Origin: Paludibacteraceae bacterium
GTDB lineage: Bacteria; Bacteroidota; Bacteroidia; Bacteroidales; Paludibacteraceae
Reading direction: 5' to 3'
DNA length: 64,000 bases
Assembly (NCBI GenBank): GCA_017448345.1
Contig: JAFSLP010000088.1
Coordinates: 859 to 64,858 of the forward strand
Shown: positions 7,504 to 16,217 of the stretch, piece by piece
How the letters are laid out: each line of letters opens with the position of its first letter
How positions within the stretch are numbered: the stretch's first letter is position 1
Notes under the pieces: model-generated
Databases searched by the model: none
What the model was told of the DNA's origin: nothing
The model's input: the letters and a program-made list of their open reading frames with translations, nothing else
Translations under genes and position numbers: made by a program

Positions 7504-9572
7504 TAGACAAGAATGACAAGCGATACAAGTATCTAAAGGCTAAAGGTACCACCGAAAAGGTAGTGCTCGAACAGGAGCAGCCGATGGAAGAGCGCGTAGC
7601 CAATATGCGTCGCCTTATGCGTTATCGTCAGTATTGGGATGATATGGCAGGTTATCGCATCCGCCGCCGCCGCACCAAACGGTATGAGAGGGGAAGACAA
7701 TGGGATGACTTGATAAAGGTTGGCGGCAAATGGATTACCGAGGCAGAGCATATCATGCAGCAAGGTAATGTGCCCTTGAAAAACAATGTCATTCTCCAGA
7801 CACTTAACTCCGTTCTCGGCGTATTCCGTAGCAACTACAGCCATCCGGAGTGTATCGCACGCGCGAGAGACAACCAGCAAGTCGGCGAAATGATGACGGC
7901 TATGCTGCAATATGTGGAGCAGATTAACGACATCAAAGAACTGGATGCCTCAGATTTCGGAGAGGGTCTGCGCGGAGGATTTGCTGCACAGTATATCGAC
8001 TACCAATGGAACAATGAAACCCACACCAAAGAAATCAAGGTGATGAACTGCTCCACATCGCACATGTTTATAAATGGGAACGTGCGCGACGTGCGCGGGA
8101 ATGATATCACCTGTATCGGTCTGCTGATGGATATGCCATTGCATGAGGTTGTTCAGCGCTTTGCTCACACAGAGCAAGATGCCGAGAAGATACGCGATAT
8201 ATACAAGCATGTAGATAAGAACAATCTCATGAGCCTGTACCGTACTTTCATCAACAGCCAAGATGAAACGCTGGATTTCCTCACGACCAAGAACAATGAT
8301 GTATGCCGCGTTATCCAAGCATGGGAGTTGGAGGAGGAAGAAAGCTGGCTTGTGCATGACCGCTACAAACAGACGCTAAAGATATATCCGAAGAAAGACA
8401 AGGCACAACTCGAAGCGATGATTAAAGAGCGCGACGAGGATATCAAGGTGAATGAACTTGACCCGGACAAGACGAAGATAACAATGGAGTTGCACAATGA
8501 CGTGTACTGGTATGTTCGCTATCTCAGTCCGCGCGGCGACGTGCTGTACGAGGGTAGAAGTCCGTTCGCTCACCGCAGCCATCCGTTCGCTGTCTATATG
8601 AGCCGTTTGGTGGACGGCGAGATATTTTCTTTCATCGAGTCTATTATCGACCAGCAACGGTATATCAACCGTTTGATTACGCTGAATGACTTCATCATCC
8701 GTTCGAGTGCAAAGGGCGTACTCATATTCCCGGAGAATGCTATTCCTGCCGGAATGAACAAAGAGGACATCCTTGACCAATGGACGAGTTACCGAGGTGT
8801 CATTTTTGCCAATCTGAAGCCGGGCATGTCACTCCCGCAACAGATAGCAACGAATGCTACCAATATAGGTACGAATGAACTGCTGGCGTTGATGCTTCAA
8901 TTGGTACGCGACATCAGCGGTGTACATGGTGCTATACTCGGCAAGGAAGCCAAGAGCGGCACATCCGGTAGCCTGTATGCACAAGAAGCAAGCAATGCGC
9001 AAACGAACCTGCTTGACATGATTGAGAGTTTTGCTTCGTTCCGCAAGCGCCGCGACTACAAGATTGCAAAGACAATACCGCAATGCTATGACTATGTGGA
9101 CTATATTCCCGTGGTCGGCAAGGAGTATTCGGAGAAAGCGAAGGAGTGGAATGCCGATTTGGCATCCAAGTTTGACTACTACATCATTATTTCCGAGACG
9201 AACAATAGTGAGTTGTATCAGGCTCAACTGAACCAGTTGCTTATGGCAGCTTTACAGCAACGTCTGATTGATTTCAAGACGGCATTGGAGGCAGGACGTT
9301 TCCCATGGGGTGACCAAGTCATCCGCATCCTGGAGCGTCAAGAACAGAAGCTTGCCCAACAGCAGGCACAGCAGCAGGCTATGATGCTGCAAGGTCAGGC
9401 GGTAGGATTGCAGGCGGCAGAAGCGGGAGCAAGCGAAGCACAGATAGCACAGATGGGCGCAGATGCGGCACAGCAGGCATTGCAGTTGAGTGGAGACGAG
9501 CAGGCGCTTCAAGCGCAGGCCAACCAAGCCAATCCGCAGGCTATGCAGCTTATCCGGCAGGCATTAGGTTAA
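7500..9572 (+). CDS. Putative portal protein (690 aa)
   Basis: Supported by size and by an N-terminal ...RRTKRYERGRQWDD segment resembling the portal-family G-x-QW motif. The C-terminal tail is Gln/Ala-rich. Confidence 0.6.
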   Translation: MIDKNDKRYKYLKAKGTTEKVVLEQEQPMEERVANMRRLMRYRQYWDDMAGYRIRRRRTKRYERGRQWDDLIKVGGKWITEAEHIMQQGNVPLKNNVILQTLNSVLGVFRSNYSHPECIARARDNQQVGEMMTAMLQYVEQINDIKELDASDFGEGLRGGFAAQYIDYQWNNETHTKEIKVMNCSTSHMFINGNVRDVRGNDITCIGLLMDMPLHEVVQRFAHTEQDAEKIRDIYKHVDKNNLMSLYRTFINSQDETLDFLTTKNNDVCRVIQAWELEEEESWLVHDRYKQTLKIYPKKDKAQLEAMIKERDEDIKVNELDPDKTKITMELHNDVYWYVRYLSPRGDVLYEGRSPFAHRSHPFAVYMSRLVDGEIFSFIESIIDQQRYINRLITLNDFIIRSSAKGVLIFPENAIPAGMNKEDILDQWTSYRGVIFANLKPGMSLPQQIATNATNIGTNELLALMLQLVRDISGVHGAILGKEAKSGTSGSLYAQEASNAQTNLLDMIESFASFRKRRDYKIAKTIPQCYDYVDYIPVVGKEYSEKAKEWNADLASKFDYYIIISETNNSELYQAQLNQLLMAALQQRLIDFKTALEAGRFPWGDQVIRILERQEQKLAQQQAQQQAMMLQGQAVGLQAAEAGASEAQIAQMGADAAQQALQLSGDEQALQAQANQANPQAMQLIRQALG

Positions 9573-9591
9573 TCACAAACCATTAAGCGAT

Positions 9592-10005
9592 ATGACAAAA
9601 GAAGAAGCGATATATTGGAAAAACTATATTGACAAAGTGGTGTCTGAAAAACTCGACACACTTGAAGTGTCGGATGCCGATGCCATACGCATAAGCGACT
9701 TTGCCAAGCGATATATGCAGGTTATAACCGGGCAGCAGTATGTTCCGCAAGGTTTGTTCCGCGAGTTCTTGGAACTGTTTGCAAAGATACCCGCCATTCA
9801 AGAGGAGATAAGGCAGATGCAGGAAGGACTTGCTGCGAATATGCCTGAAAGTTGCACCGATAAAGACTTGGAGCAGACGTTGGACGGGCTGATGTGGGAT
9901 GACGAATGGATGTACCTGCCATCAATGGATATCGACGAGGACGGTTTCGTCGCGCTGAACATCGAGATTGACGCGAACGGTTGGGCGCATTTTGTAGATG
10001 ACTAA
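9592..10005 (+). CDS. Hypothetical acidic protein (137 aa)
   Basis: Clean ORF in the operon. No motif recognised. Confidence 0.5.
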   Translation: MTKEEAIYWKNYIDKVVSEKLDTLEVSDADAIRISDFAKRYMQVITGQQYVPQGLFREFLELFAKIPAIQEEIRQMQEGLAANMPESCTDKDLEQTLDGLMWDDEWMYLPSMDIDEDGFVALNIEIDANGWAHFVDD

Positions 10006-10024
10006 CAATTAAAAACATACGGAA

Positions 10025-11053
10025 ATGGATTACAAATTATTCAGAGGTTTCATAAACCGCAAAGGAGAAAAATGCGTAGTTGCCGGAGGTAGCAACGGTG
10101 AAGGTGGTCCTGATTATAACAAAGCAGACAAGGTGTCTGAGGCAACAGCAGGCAATTTGGCTGGTCTGGATGAGAACGGAAACCTGACGGACTCCGGCAA
10201 GAAAGCGTCTGACTTTGCCGAGGCGGAGCATGAGCATAACGGCTATGCACCTACGAGCCATCAGCACAACATTGGTGATATCACCGGACTTGAAAGTGCT
10301 CTGTCAAAAAGAGTAAGCAAACAGGATGATATATTGTGTATCGTTATGGGCCGTGCATGGCATTATGCATGGGAAGACACCGGTCTTGCAGAAGAGACTC
10401 TTGGTCAGATACTGGCTCTCTCTCCAACCCCGCACACACCAGCAGTATGTATGGTAAATATCACAGACAGAAATAACGCTGTGCATCGTTGTTTGGGTCT
10501 TGTCGAGTGGAATAAAACAATTACTGAAAACAATGGTCATACCACCGCCGAATATAGTATTTGGCTACATATAGGTGCCACTACTCTGACAGGTGTGATT
10601 TATGCATACGATGATGGTTTCAACGGCTATTCTATGCGAGAGTATTTTGGTGTTGCAGGTGATGATTTGGTTTTCAATTTCAAAAGTCAATTGGATTCCA
10701 AGATGCCCAAGACGGCGCAAGAGGTTTCTTTCAGCGCCGGTCAGTCTCTTAATGAATTGCTGCCATTGAATAATACAGGACAATTCACTAATCTATGGTT
10801 ATATAATTCGGAAGATGCATTGCTGCCTGTTGTGGCGCATGTGACTAAAATCAACCGTACCAACGACGTGCATGGTTTCTTCGTCTGCGGCAGAGTAGGT
10901 CATTATCCATTTATGGTATTCTACTTTGGCAACTATCGCTTCTATTTCACAGCCAATGAAGATGCTGATGAACTTGGTCACGGAGAAGTCGAACCGAGTG
11001 CTGTGCAATGGGATTTGACTGTAAGCAGCATGGATAACCTATTGACTTTATAA
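10025..11053 (+). CDS. Fibre-like protein (342 aa)
   Basis: The N-terminal KVSEATAGNLAGLDENGNLTDSGKKASDFAEAEH motif is shared with the 12197-12667 product. Confidence 0.55.
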   Translation: MDYKLFRGFINRKGEKCVVAGGSNGEGGPDYNKADKVSEATAGNLAGLDENGNLTDSGKKASDFAEAEHEHNGYAPTSHQHNIGDITGLESALSKRVSKQDDILCIVMGRAWHYAWEDTGLAEETLGQILALSPTPHTPAVCMVNITDRNNAVHRCLGLVEWNKTITENNGHTTAEYSIWLHIGATTLTGVIYAYDDGFNGYSMREYFGVAGDDLVFNFKSQLDSKMPKTAQEVSFSAGQSLNELLPLNNTGQFTNLWLYNSEDALLPVVAHVTKINRTNDVHGFFVCGRVGHYPFMVFYFGNYRFYFTANEDADELGHGEVEPSAVQWDLTVSSMDNLLTL

Positions 11054-11056
11054 GCA

Positions 11057-12178
11057 ATGAAAACAATCGGCAAACAGAATTTTGCTCACTGGTGGCAGTT
11101 GGCATGGCGGTGGATAGAGCAGCTTGTAGATAGCAAGTTGCTCCACATCGTCGCGCCGTCATCCGCCGAGAAAGAGGTATTCAATGTAGCGGACTTTGCG
11201 TCACTGGAGGCTATCGATGAGGAAGACCGCGACATGTCGGTCATCTATATATGCGCGGAAGAGAACCGGTTGTATATATGGAACGGCTCGGAGTTCGTGG
11301 ATATGACCAATAAACCGGCAGACGACAACCGCATCTACGTAAACAGCGAAAATCTGATTATCGGCGTGGTGGAAGAAAACGACCTTGACGCAGGTATCTA
11401 CACGGTGTTTGTCGGTAGCAGAGGTTCGTTCCGTACATATTCGCTGACCGTCAATGTACGCAAAGGTCCGAGCCGCATCGGCAGACCAACCGTAACATAC
11501 AAAGATTTAATCCTTTCCGACAATAACGGTTGGGCTGATGTACAGACGGAGACGGTGGTTCAGGCAAATGCGGAGACGGGTGACATGGAGACCGTGGCTG
11601 TCAAGTCCTGGAACTGGCATTACTACTCATACCAAGGCGATGAGATAGCGACTGACAAGGAGGTCATCAATGTGCTGACCGCTTCGGCGGAAGCACCGGA
11701 GAGCGCGGAAGACGGAGATTTATATATCAACACGGACGAGCCTGCTCTGTACGAATGGCAGGAAGACGAGTGGGTGGCGATTGCTCCGAGCGGAAGCGTG
11801 GTTTATCTGGCAAGCGACAACGGACATATCTACGTGTATGTCAATGGCGAGTTTGCCGATGCTACAGGTGAGGAGTATAACCATATCCTGTACGTAAGCA
11901 ACCTGACTACAGACCTTGCAGGGGTGACGGATAGCGGTATCTATACCGTGATGCTCGTGAACAGGTTTAATGCAAAGGCGTATACGCTTGCGGTGACAGT
12001 ACACAGAGGTCCAAACCGCATTGGCAGACCATCCGGCACAACATATACGCAGACCGTTCAGAACTACGAGGGTTATATGGTTCGTACAAAGACCAATAAC
12101 GGTGAGTGGAGCGAATGGGAAGAGTTCCGGTATCTGGTTGAAGCCATTGGAGACGATGAAATCAACAGTTTATTCTAA
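11057..12178 (+). CDS. Fibre/baseplate-like protein with an internal duplication (373 aa)
   Basis: Two copies of an ~35-aa unit: IYTVFVGSRGSFRTYSLTVNVRKGPSRIGRPTVTY and IYTVMLVNRFNAKAYTLAVTVHRGPNRIGRPSGTTY. Confidence 0.55.
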   Translation: MKTIGKQNFAHWWQLAWRWIEQLVDSKLLHIVAPSSAEKEVFNVADFASLEAIDEEDRDMSVIYICAEENRLYIWNGSEFVDMTNKPADDNRIYVNSENLIIGVVEENDLDAGIYTVFVGSRGSFRTYSLTVNVRKGPSRIGRPTVTYKDLILSDNNGWADVQTETVVQANAETGDMETVAVKSWNWHYYSYQGDEIATDKEVINVLTASAEAPESAEDGDLYINTDEPALYEWQEDEWVAIAPSGSVVYLASDNGHIYVYVNGEFADATGEEYNHILYVSNLTTDLAGVTDSGIYTVMLVNRFNAKAYTLAVTVHRGPNRIGRPSGTTYTQTVQNYEGYMVRTKTNNGEWSEWEEFRYLVEAIGDDEINSLF

Positions 12179-12196
12179 ACTAAATTTTTTGAAGCA

Positions 12197-12667
12197 ATGA
12201 AAGTATTAGATTTGACAGGCCTTAGTTCGTATGATGCGAAGATTAAGGCGTACGTGGACGCGAAAGCAGCGGAGGCTGCGAGTGGCAAAGTCACGATGGT
12301 AGCGGTCAATGCTTTGCCTGCTGTGGCAGAAGCGAGTGCCAATGTTATCTATCTCGTGCCGAACACGAAAGTGAGCGGCAGCAATGTCAAGGATGAATAT
12401 ATCCTTGTGAACGGCGCATTCGAGCTGATTGGTACTACGCAGATTGACTTGGACGGCAAAGCAGATAAGGTCAGCGGTGCGACTGCCGGTCACTTGGCTG
12501 GTCTGGACGCGAACGGCAACCTTACGGACAGCGGCAAGAGCGCCAGCGATTTCGCTACGGCAGCGCAAGGTGCGAAAGCAGACACGGCATTGCAGCCTGC
12601 GGACATCGTGGCTATCACGACGAGCGAGATTGATGCTCTGTTCCCGAGTGGAAATGCGCAATCGTAA
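12197..12667 (+). CDS. Fibre-like protein (156 aa)
   Basis: It carries the KVSGATAGHLAGLDANGNLTDSGKSASDFATAAQ motif, a paralogue of the motif in 10025-11053. Confidence 0.55.
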   Translation: MKVLDLTGLSSYDAKIKAYVDAKAAEAASGKVTMVAVNALPAVAEASANVIYLVPNTKVSGSNVKDEYILVNGAFELIGTTQIDLDGKADKVSGATAGHLAGLDANGNLTDSGKSASDFATAAQGAKADTALQPADIVAITTSEIDALFPSGNAQS

Positions 12668-12723
12668 CATTAGGGTGTGGGCTATTGGGTTAGCCTGCGC
12701 TCACTAACAAAACAACAGACATC

Positions 12724-13035
12724 ATGGCATCAAAGTATTTAACATATGGCGGTTTAGCCTATTTCCTTGAAAAGATACGAGGTATCTTCGCTCCACTTGT
12801 GCATACGCATACGCTTTCGCAAGTGACCGATGCTGAATTGACCGCAGACAGTGAAGCGGATTTGGTTGTACCAATCGAGAGTGAGACGCTGGAGGACATC
12901 GCTAACGGCGAGTATGAGAGTGATGACACGGCTATGTTCACCGGAAACAGCCAATACACGCCGCTGACGAGTGCAGAGATAGATGCGCTTGTAGCGACAA
13001 CCCTTGCAGCCATGCAACCAGCCGAAGAAGAATAA
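12724..13035 (+). CDS. Hypothetical acidic protein (103 aa)
   Basis: Clean ORF. The antisense ORFs on this stretch look like shadows. Confidence 0.5.
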   Translation: MASKYLTYGGLAYFLEKIRGIFAPLVHTHTLSQVTDAELTADSEADLVVPIESETLEDIANGEYESDDTAMFTGNSQYTPLTSAEIDALVATTLAAMQPAEEE

Positions 13036-13053
13036 CATTAAACATATACGATT

Positions 13054-13686
13054 ATGGCAGTAACAGTAGCAACCCCTGCGAACCTCAATGAGTTCGCGCA
13101 AAAATTAGGACAGAGCCTTGCAGAGCAAGGTGGTGGTGGAAGCGGAGACAGCAACTTCGTCTTCATAGATAGTTTCATCAAAAAAGACTCGGCAGTTGAT
13201 GACGGCAAGCCGCATCTGTATCTCGTTATAGACAGCAGTATCGACTTGACCGATGTTACCTTGCGCTATTGTCGCAAAGGCAGAGTTAATTGCCGTCGTA
13301 AAGAGAACAGTCCGTACCATCAGAATGAGTCGGGGCAGAAAGCACACACGGCAGGTTGGCACCAAGTATGGCAGTTGCCGTTGCATACGACCAAAACCCC
13401 GCTTATCGTGCCTGTTTTCGTGTCCTTAACCCCTGCATTTACCTTGGGTGGCAACGCCTATTACGAGATTACGGTAGGAGAGTACGACACGATGTACGAT
13501 TTCGCCAATGACAGCGAGTTCGACACTACATACAGAGACGAGAACGGCGACCCGATTTCCATTGGAACTATCTTACGCAAGCAAGGTGGCGTGTGCTTGG
13601 TGCGCGATGGCGTACAAATTAGCAATTTTGCACACTTCCGTACCTCGTACAACGAAAATAATGATGAATGGTGCATTGGTAGATAA
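13054..13686 (+). CDS. Hypothetical structural protein (210 aa)
   Basis: ORF in the fibre region. No motif recognised. Confidence 0.5.
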   Translation: MAVTVATPANLNEFAQKLGQSLAEQGGGGSGDSNFVFIDSFIKKDSAVDDGKPHLYLVIDSSIDLTDVTLRYCRKGRVNCRRKENSPYHQNESGQKAHTAGWHQVWQLPLHTTKTPLIVPVFVSLTPAFTLGGNAYYEITVGEYDTMYDFANDSEFDTTYRDENGDPISIGTILRKQGGVCLVRDGVQISNFAHFRTSYNENNDEWCIGR

Positions 13687-13772
13687 AAAAAAAGAACCGC
13701 CAGGATAGCATCCCGATGGTACAGGTCTGATAGCATCAACCGATTCGCGAATAGATAGAATCAAACACGATG

Positions 13773-13804
13773 CAAAGGTACAACTTTTTTTCGAAACCAC
13801 CAAA
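13773..13804 (-). promoter_or_regulatory. Orphan antisense consensus promoter inside the late operon
   Basis: The reverse complement gives TTTG (13801-13804)-N20-TACCTTTG (13773-13780). It points into the 3' end of the + strand gene 13054-13686, and no credible minus-strand ORF lies downstream. Confidence 0.45.
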
Positions 13805-13819
13805 TTTTTTTGAAAAAAA

Positions 13820-14236
13820 ATGACAAAAATCGTCAAAAAAAGTTTTATGGAGCGTTTTTTCTCCGAAATTATGGAGGTAACACGCTATTTGATAGGCATT
13901 CGGTCGAAGAATGACAAGAAAGTTCTGCGTTCCGAGATGGCTGCTGACAAGGCAGAGCTGAATGCCACCATTGCAGCGAACAAAGCCACCGCTGATGCAC
14001 AAGCTGCGTCGGCAAACAGGCGTTTGACTGCCTGCGAGAACAAAGAAGCCGAGTTAGAACAGCGGATTGGTGAGGATGAAGAGGTTATCGGTCAAGCTTT
14101 AGGCGCATTGCAGAAAACTCTTGACACCGAAGAGGATGGAACTATCCGTTTTGAGGGTACAAATTACCTTGATGACTGTACTACTATCAAAGCGGCGCTT
14201 ATCAAACTGGATGAAGTCATTGCAAATAATATCTAA
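13820..14236 (+). CDS. Coiled-coil fibre shaft-like protein (138 aa)
   Basis: The sequence is heptad-like and Ala/Glu/Lys-rich, and the gene lies directly upstream of DGR target 1. Confidence 0.5.
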   Translation: MTKIVKKSFMERFFSEIMEVTRYLIGIRSKNDKKVLRSEMAADKAELNATIAANKATADAQAASANRRLTACENKEAELEQRIGEDEEVIGQALGALQKTLDTEEDGTIRFEGTNYLDDCTTIKAALIKLDEVIANNI

Positions 14237-14241
14237 TCGCT

Positions 14242-15369
14242 ATGGATATAAGACGAGTTAAACATTTCAACACCGAAGCGGAGTTTCTTACCAACCGCTG
14301 TGTGTTACCTATCCCCAGCGTTGCCTATTGCAAGGCGACCGGGGAGTTATACTTCCGAAAGAAGACCAAATTGCTGCCCGGACATATTGTTTTATGGGAT
14401 GAAGATGAGAGCAAGCGCATATATGTTCTGCCGTCCGAGTATAACGGTACGACCTATCCCACCTCGCGCTATATTCCGGAAGGTATCATAGCCATTCCGG
14501 AGCAGTTCACTCCGGATGGTCGTGCCGTGATGATAAGCCTTGTGAACATGTCTTGCGAAACACCTGAAACCGGCAAAGCAAGCAACAGCGCGGAATGGTT
14601 TGACGACTATGCGGACATCTACTTGCGTTGGGGTGGCTACAGCAACGAGAATAACGATTGGATATATGATGATATTCCCGGATTAGAAAACTTCGGCAAT
14701 CGCAAGAATGCTTTTGTTCTGCCAAATGGTAGCGTATCCGGCGGAGACGCATGGGGGTATCTACCGAGCGACAGTTATCATGCGTCATTCGTAGATAGCG
14801 AGGAGGACAATGCCGCCGATGCTGGTACGCATTGGTACGCAGGACTGTCTGGTTATCGTCTTCCGAGTCCGTTCGATGCTCTCTATGGGCATAATCCGCA
14901 GTATGGCTTCAATGGTAAAGACCATCAGAAATCTTTCCTGTCAGACCTTGACGGCTACGCCAACACGCAAGTATTGCTTGACCGTGAGATTTATCAGCCT
15001 GACTGGGAGACTGATAGCAAGATTGTCAATCTCTATAATGGAGATTTCAGAGAGCACCACCCTGCGGCACTCTGTTGCGCCCGGTATCATGTGGGTGGCA
15101 CGGAGGCGGGCGACTGGTATCTTCCGGCTATCGGTGAACTGGGTTGCGTGATGCCGAGGTTCAGTCTTATCCAAGCAGCGTTAGAGGCTGTTGCGGCGGT
15201 AGATTCGAGCCGTGCTGTTCCCTTGGTTGAGTCGGGCAACTATTGGTCTTCTACGGAGCATAGTCAGGACATCGCTTACAACTTGAACACGAGCAATGGT
15301 AACGTGTACAACGACAGTAAGAGCAACGACAAGTTGGTTCGGGCGTTCTGCCGTCTCCCCCGCATTTAA
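14242..15369 (+). CDS. DGR target protein 1, probable receptor-binding fibre tip with a DUF1566/C-type-lectin-fold-like C-terminus (375 aa)
   Basis: The last ~50 codons are VR1. The C-terminus reads ...GDWYLPAIGEL...YWSSTEHSQDIAYNLNTSNGNVYNDSKSNDKLVRAFCRLPRI. It is paralogous to the C-terminus of 43775-44938. Confidence 0.8.
   Translation: MDIRRVKHFNTEAEFLTNRCVLPIPSVAYCKATGELYFRKKTKLLPGHIVLWDEDESKRIYVLPSEYNGTTYPTSRYIPEGIIAIPEQFTPDGRAVMISLVNMSCETPETGKASNSAEWFDDYADIYLRWGGYSNENNDWIYDDIPGLENFGNRKNAFVLPNGSVSGGDAWGYLPSDSYHASFVDSEEDNAADAGTHWYAGLSGYRLPSPFDALYGHNPQYGFNGKDHQKSFLSDLDGYANTQVLLDREIYQPDWETDSKIVNLYNGDFREHHPAALCCARYHVGGTEAGDWYLPAIGELGCVMPRFSLIQAALEAVAAVDSSRAVPLVESGNYWSSTEHSQDIAYNLNTSNGNVYNDSKSNDKLVRAFCRLPRI
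15214..15364 (+). repeat. DGR variable repeat VR1 (151 bp)
   Basis: It is co-linear with the TR at offset 804. There are 13 differences, 12 at TR adenines (AAC/AAT codons) and one T-to-G at 15333. Confidence 0.9.
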
Positions 15370-15392
15370 TCTGAATTTGAAACTTAATATCT

Positions 15393-15416
15393 CTGTCCGC
15401 GCCTGTGCGCGGGCAG
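15393..15416 (+). promoter_or_regulatory. GC-rich hairpin 28 nt downstream of VR1 (DGR target-recognition-type hairpin)
   Basis: Structure ctgtccgcgc-ctgt-gcgcgggcag: a 10-bp stem with one G-U and a 4-nt loop, with no T-tract after it. Confidence 0.6.
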
Positions 15417-15435
15417 GGGCAAAACATTAAATAGT

Positions 15436-15906
15436 ATGGCTGAAAAAGAAAGTAAAGCGCCGAAGATACGCGAGGAAAAGGCTATCGAGGCGACATCCAT
15501 CTTCCGCCAAGCAGAGAACTTGGAGCGTGAGACGGACATGATTATCCAGAACATGCCAGCGCGAACGTACTGGCGATGCGGCAAACCATTTGAGGAAGCA
15601 TTGATTAGTGCCCGTGAGAACTACGCGATGTGCTACCGTCACGAGAAAGGCGACAACAGCGCATTGAAAGTGGAGTACGCACGCAAAGCCGCAGAAGCAT
15701 TCACGCAGGTTGATTTGGTGTTCCGCAAGTGGTATCGCGGCACGCAAGTACCGCCATCCCACAACGTAGTGAACGCCAAGCGTCATGGACAATTATCTCT
15801 CATCATCGGCGAACTGTTGAGCGCAAGTTGGGCTTTCTACCATTCCTTATTGCAAAAACAAGACAGAGCAGATAGCGCCTCTACCAAGCCAGCAGATAAT
15901 GAATAA
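15436..15906 (+). CDS. avd: Putative DGR accessory variability determinant (Avd-like, 156 aa)
   Basis: Small, basic and predicted helical. It occupies the slot between the VR and the TR, as avd does in BPP-1-type DGRs. No motif was verified. Confidence 0.55.
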   Translation: MAEKESKAPKIREEKAIEATSIFRQAENLERETDMIIQNMPARTYWRCGKPFEEALISARENYAMCYRHEKGDNSALKVEYARKAAEAFTQVDLVFRKWYRGTQVPPSHNVVNAKRHGQLSLIIGELLSASWAFYHSLLQKQDRADSASTKPADNE

Positions 15907-16017
15907 TTATTAGCGACGAGGTGGATGATGTGAACCGATAGATTAAATGGGTGGCACACTCCAAGCGGAGTAATGACAGGGTTGGAACACACTCTGCAAG
16001 ATGTCACTAAACCGGTT

Positions 16018-16168
16018 GCTGTTCCCTTGAATGAGTCGAACAACTATTGGTCTTCTACGGAGCATAGTCAGAACAACGCTTACAACTTGAACACGAACAA
16101 TGGTAACGTGAACAACAACAATAAGAACAACAACAATTTGGTTCGGGCGTTCTGCCGTCTCCCCCGCA
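16018..16168 (+). repeat. DGR template repeat (TR, 151 bp)
   Basis: The adenine-rich invariant copy, read in the VR frame as ...NESNNYWSSTEHSQNNAYNLNTNNGNVNNNNKNNNNLVRAFCRLPR. It matches both VR1 and VR2. Confidence 0.9.
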
Positions 16169-16217
16169 CTTGGTCGGGTTCACGACAGCCACCTATCTAC
16201 TCTATCTTGTTTTTGTT

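Noticed and set aside
16170-16217. TTG start for the RT ORF immediately after the TR
   Set aside because: The first 16 codons (VGFTTATYLLYLVFV) are hydrophobic read-through of the TR-RT spacer. The ATG at 16218 gives the N-terminus MFVEYEELYKAYLDCRKHKR, which seems more plausible to me for a DGR reverse transcriptase.
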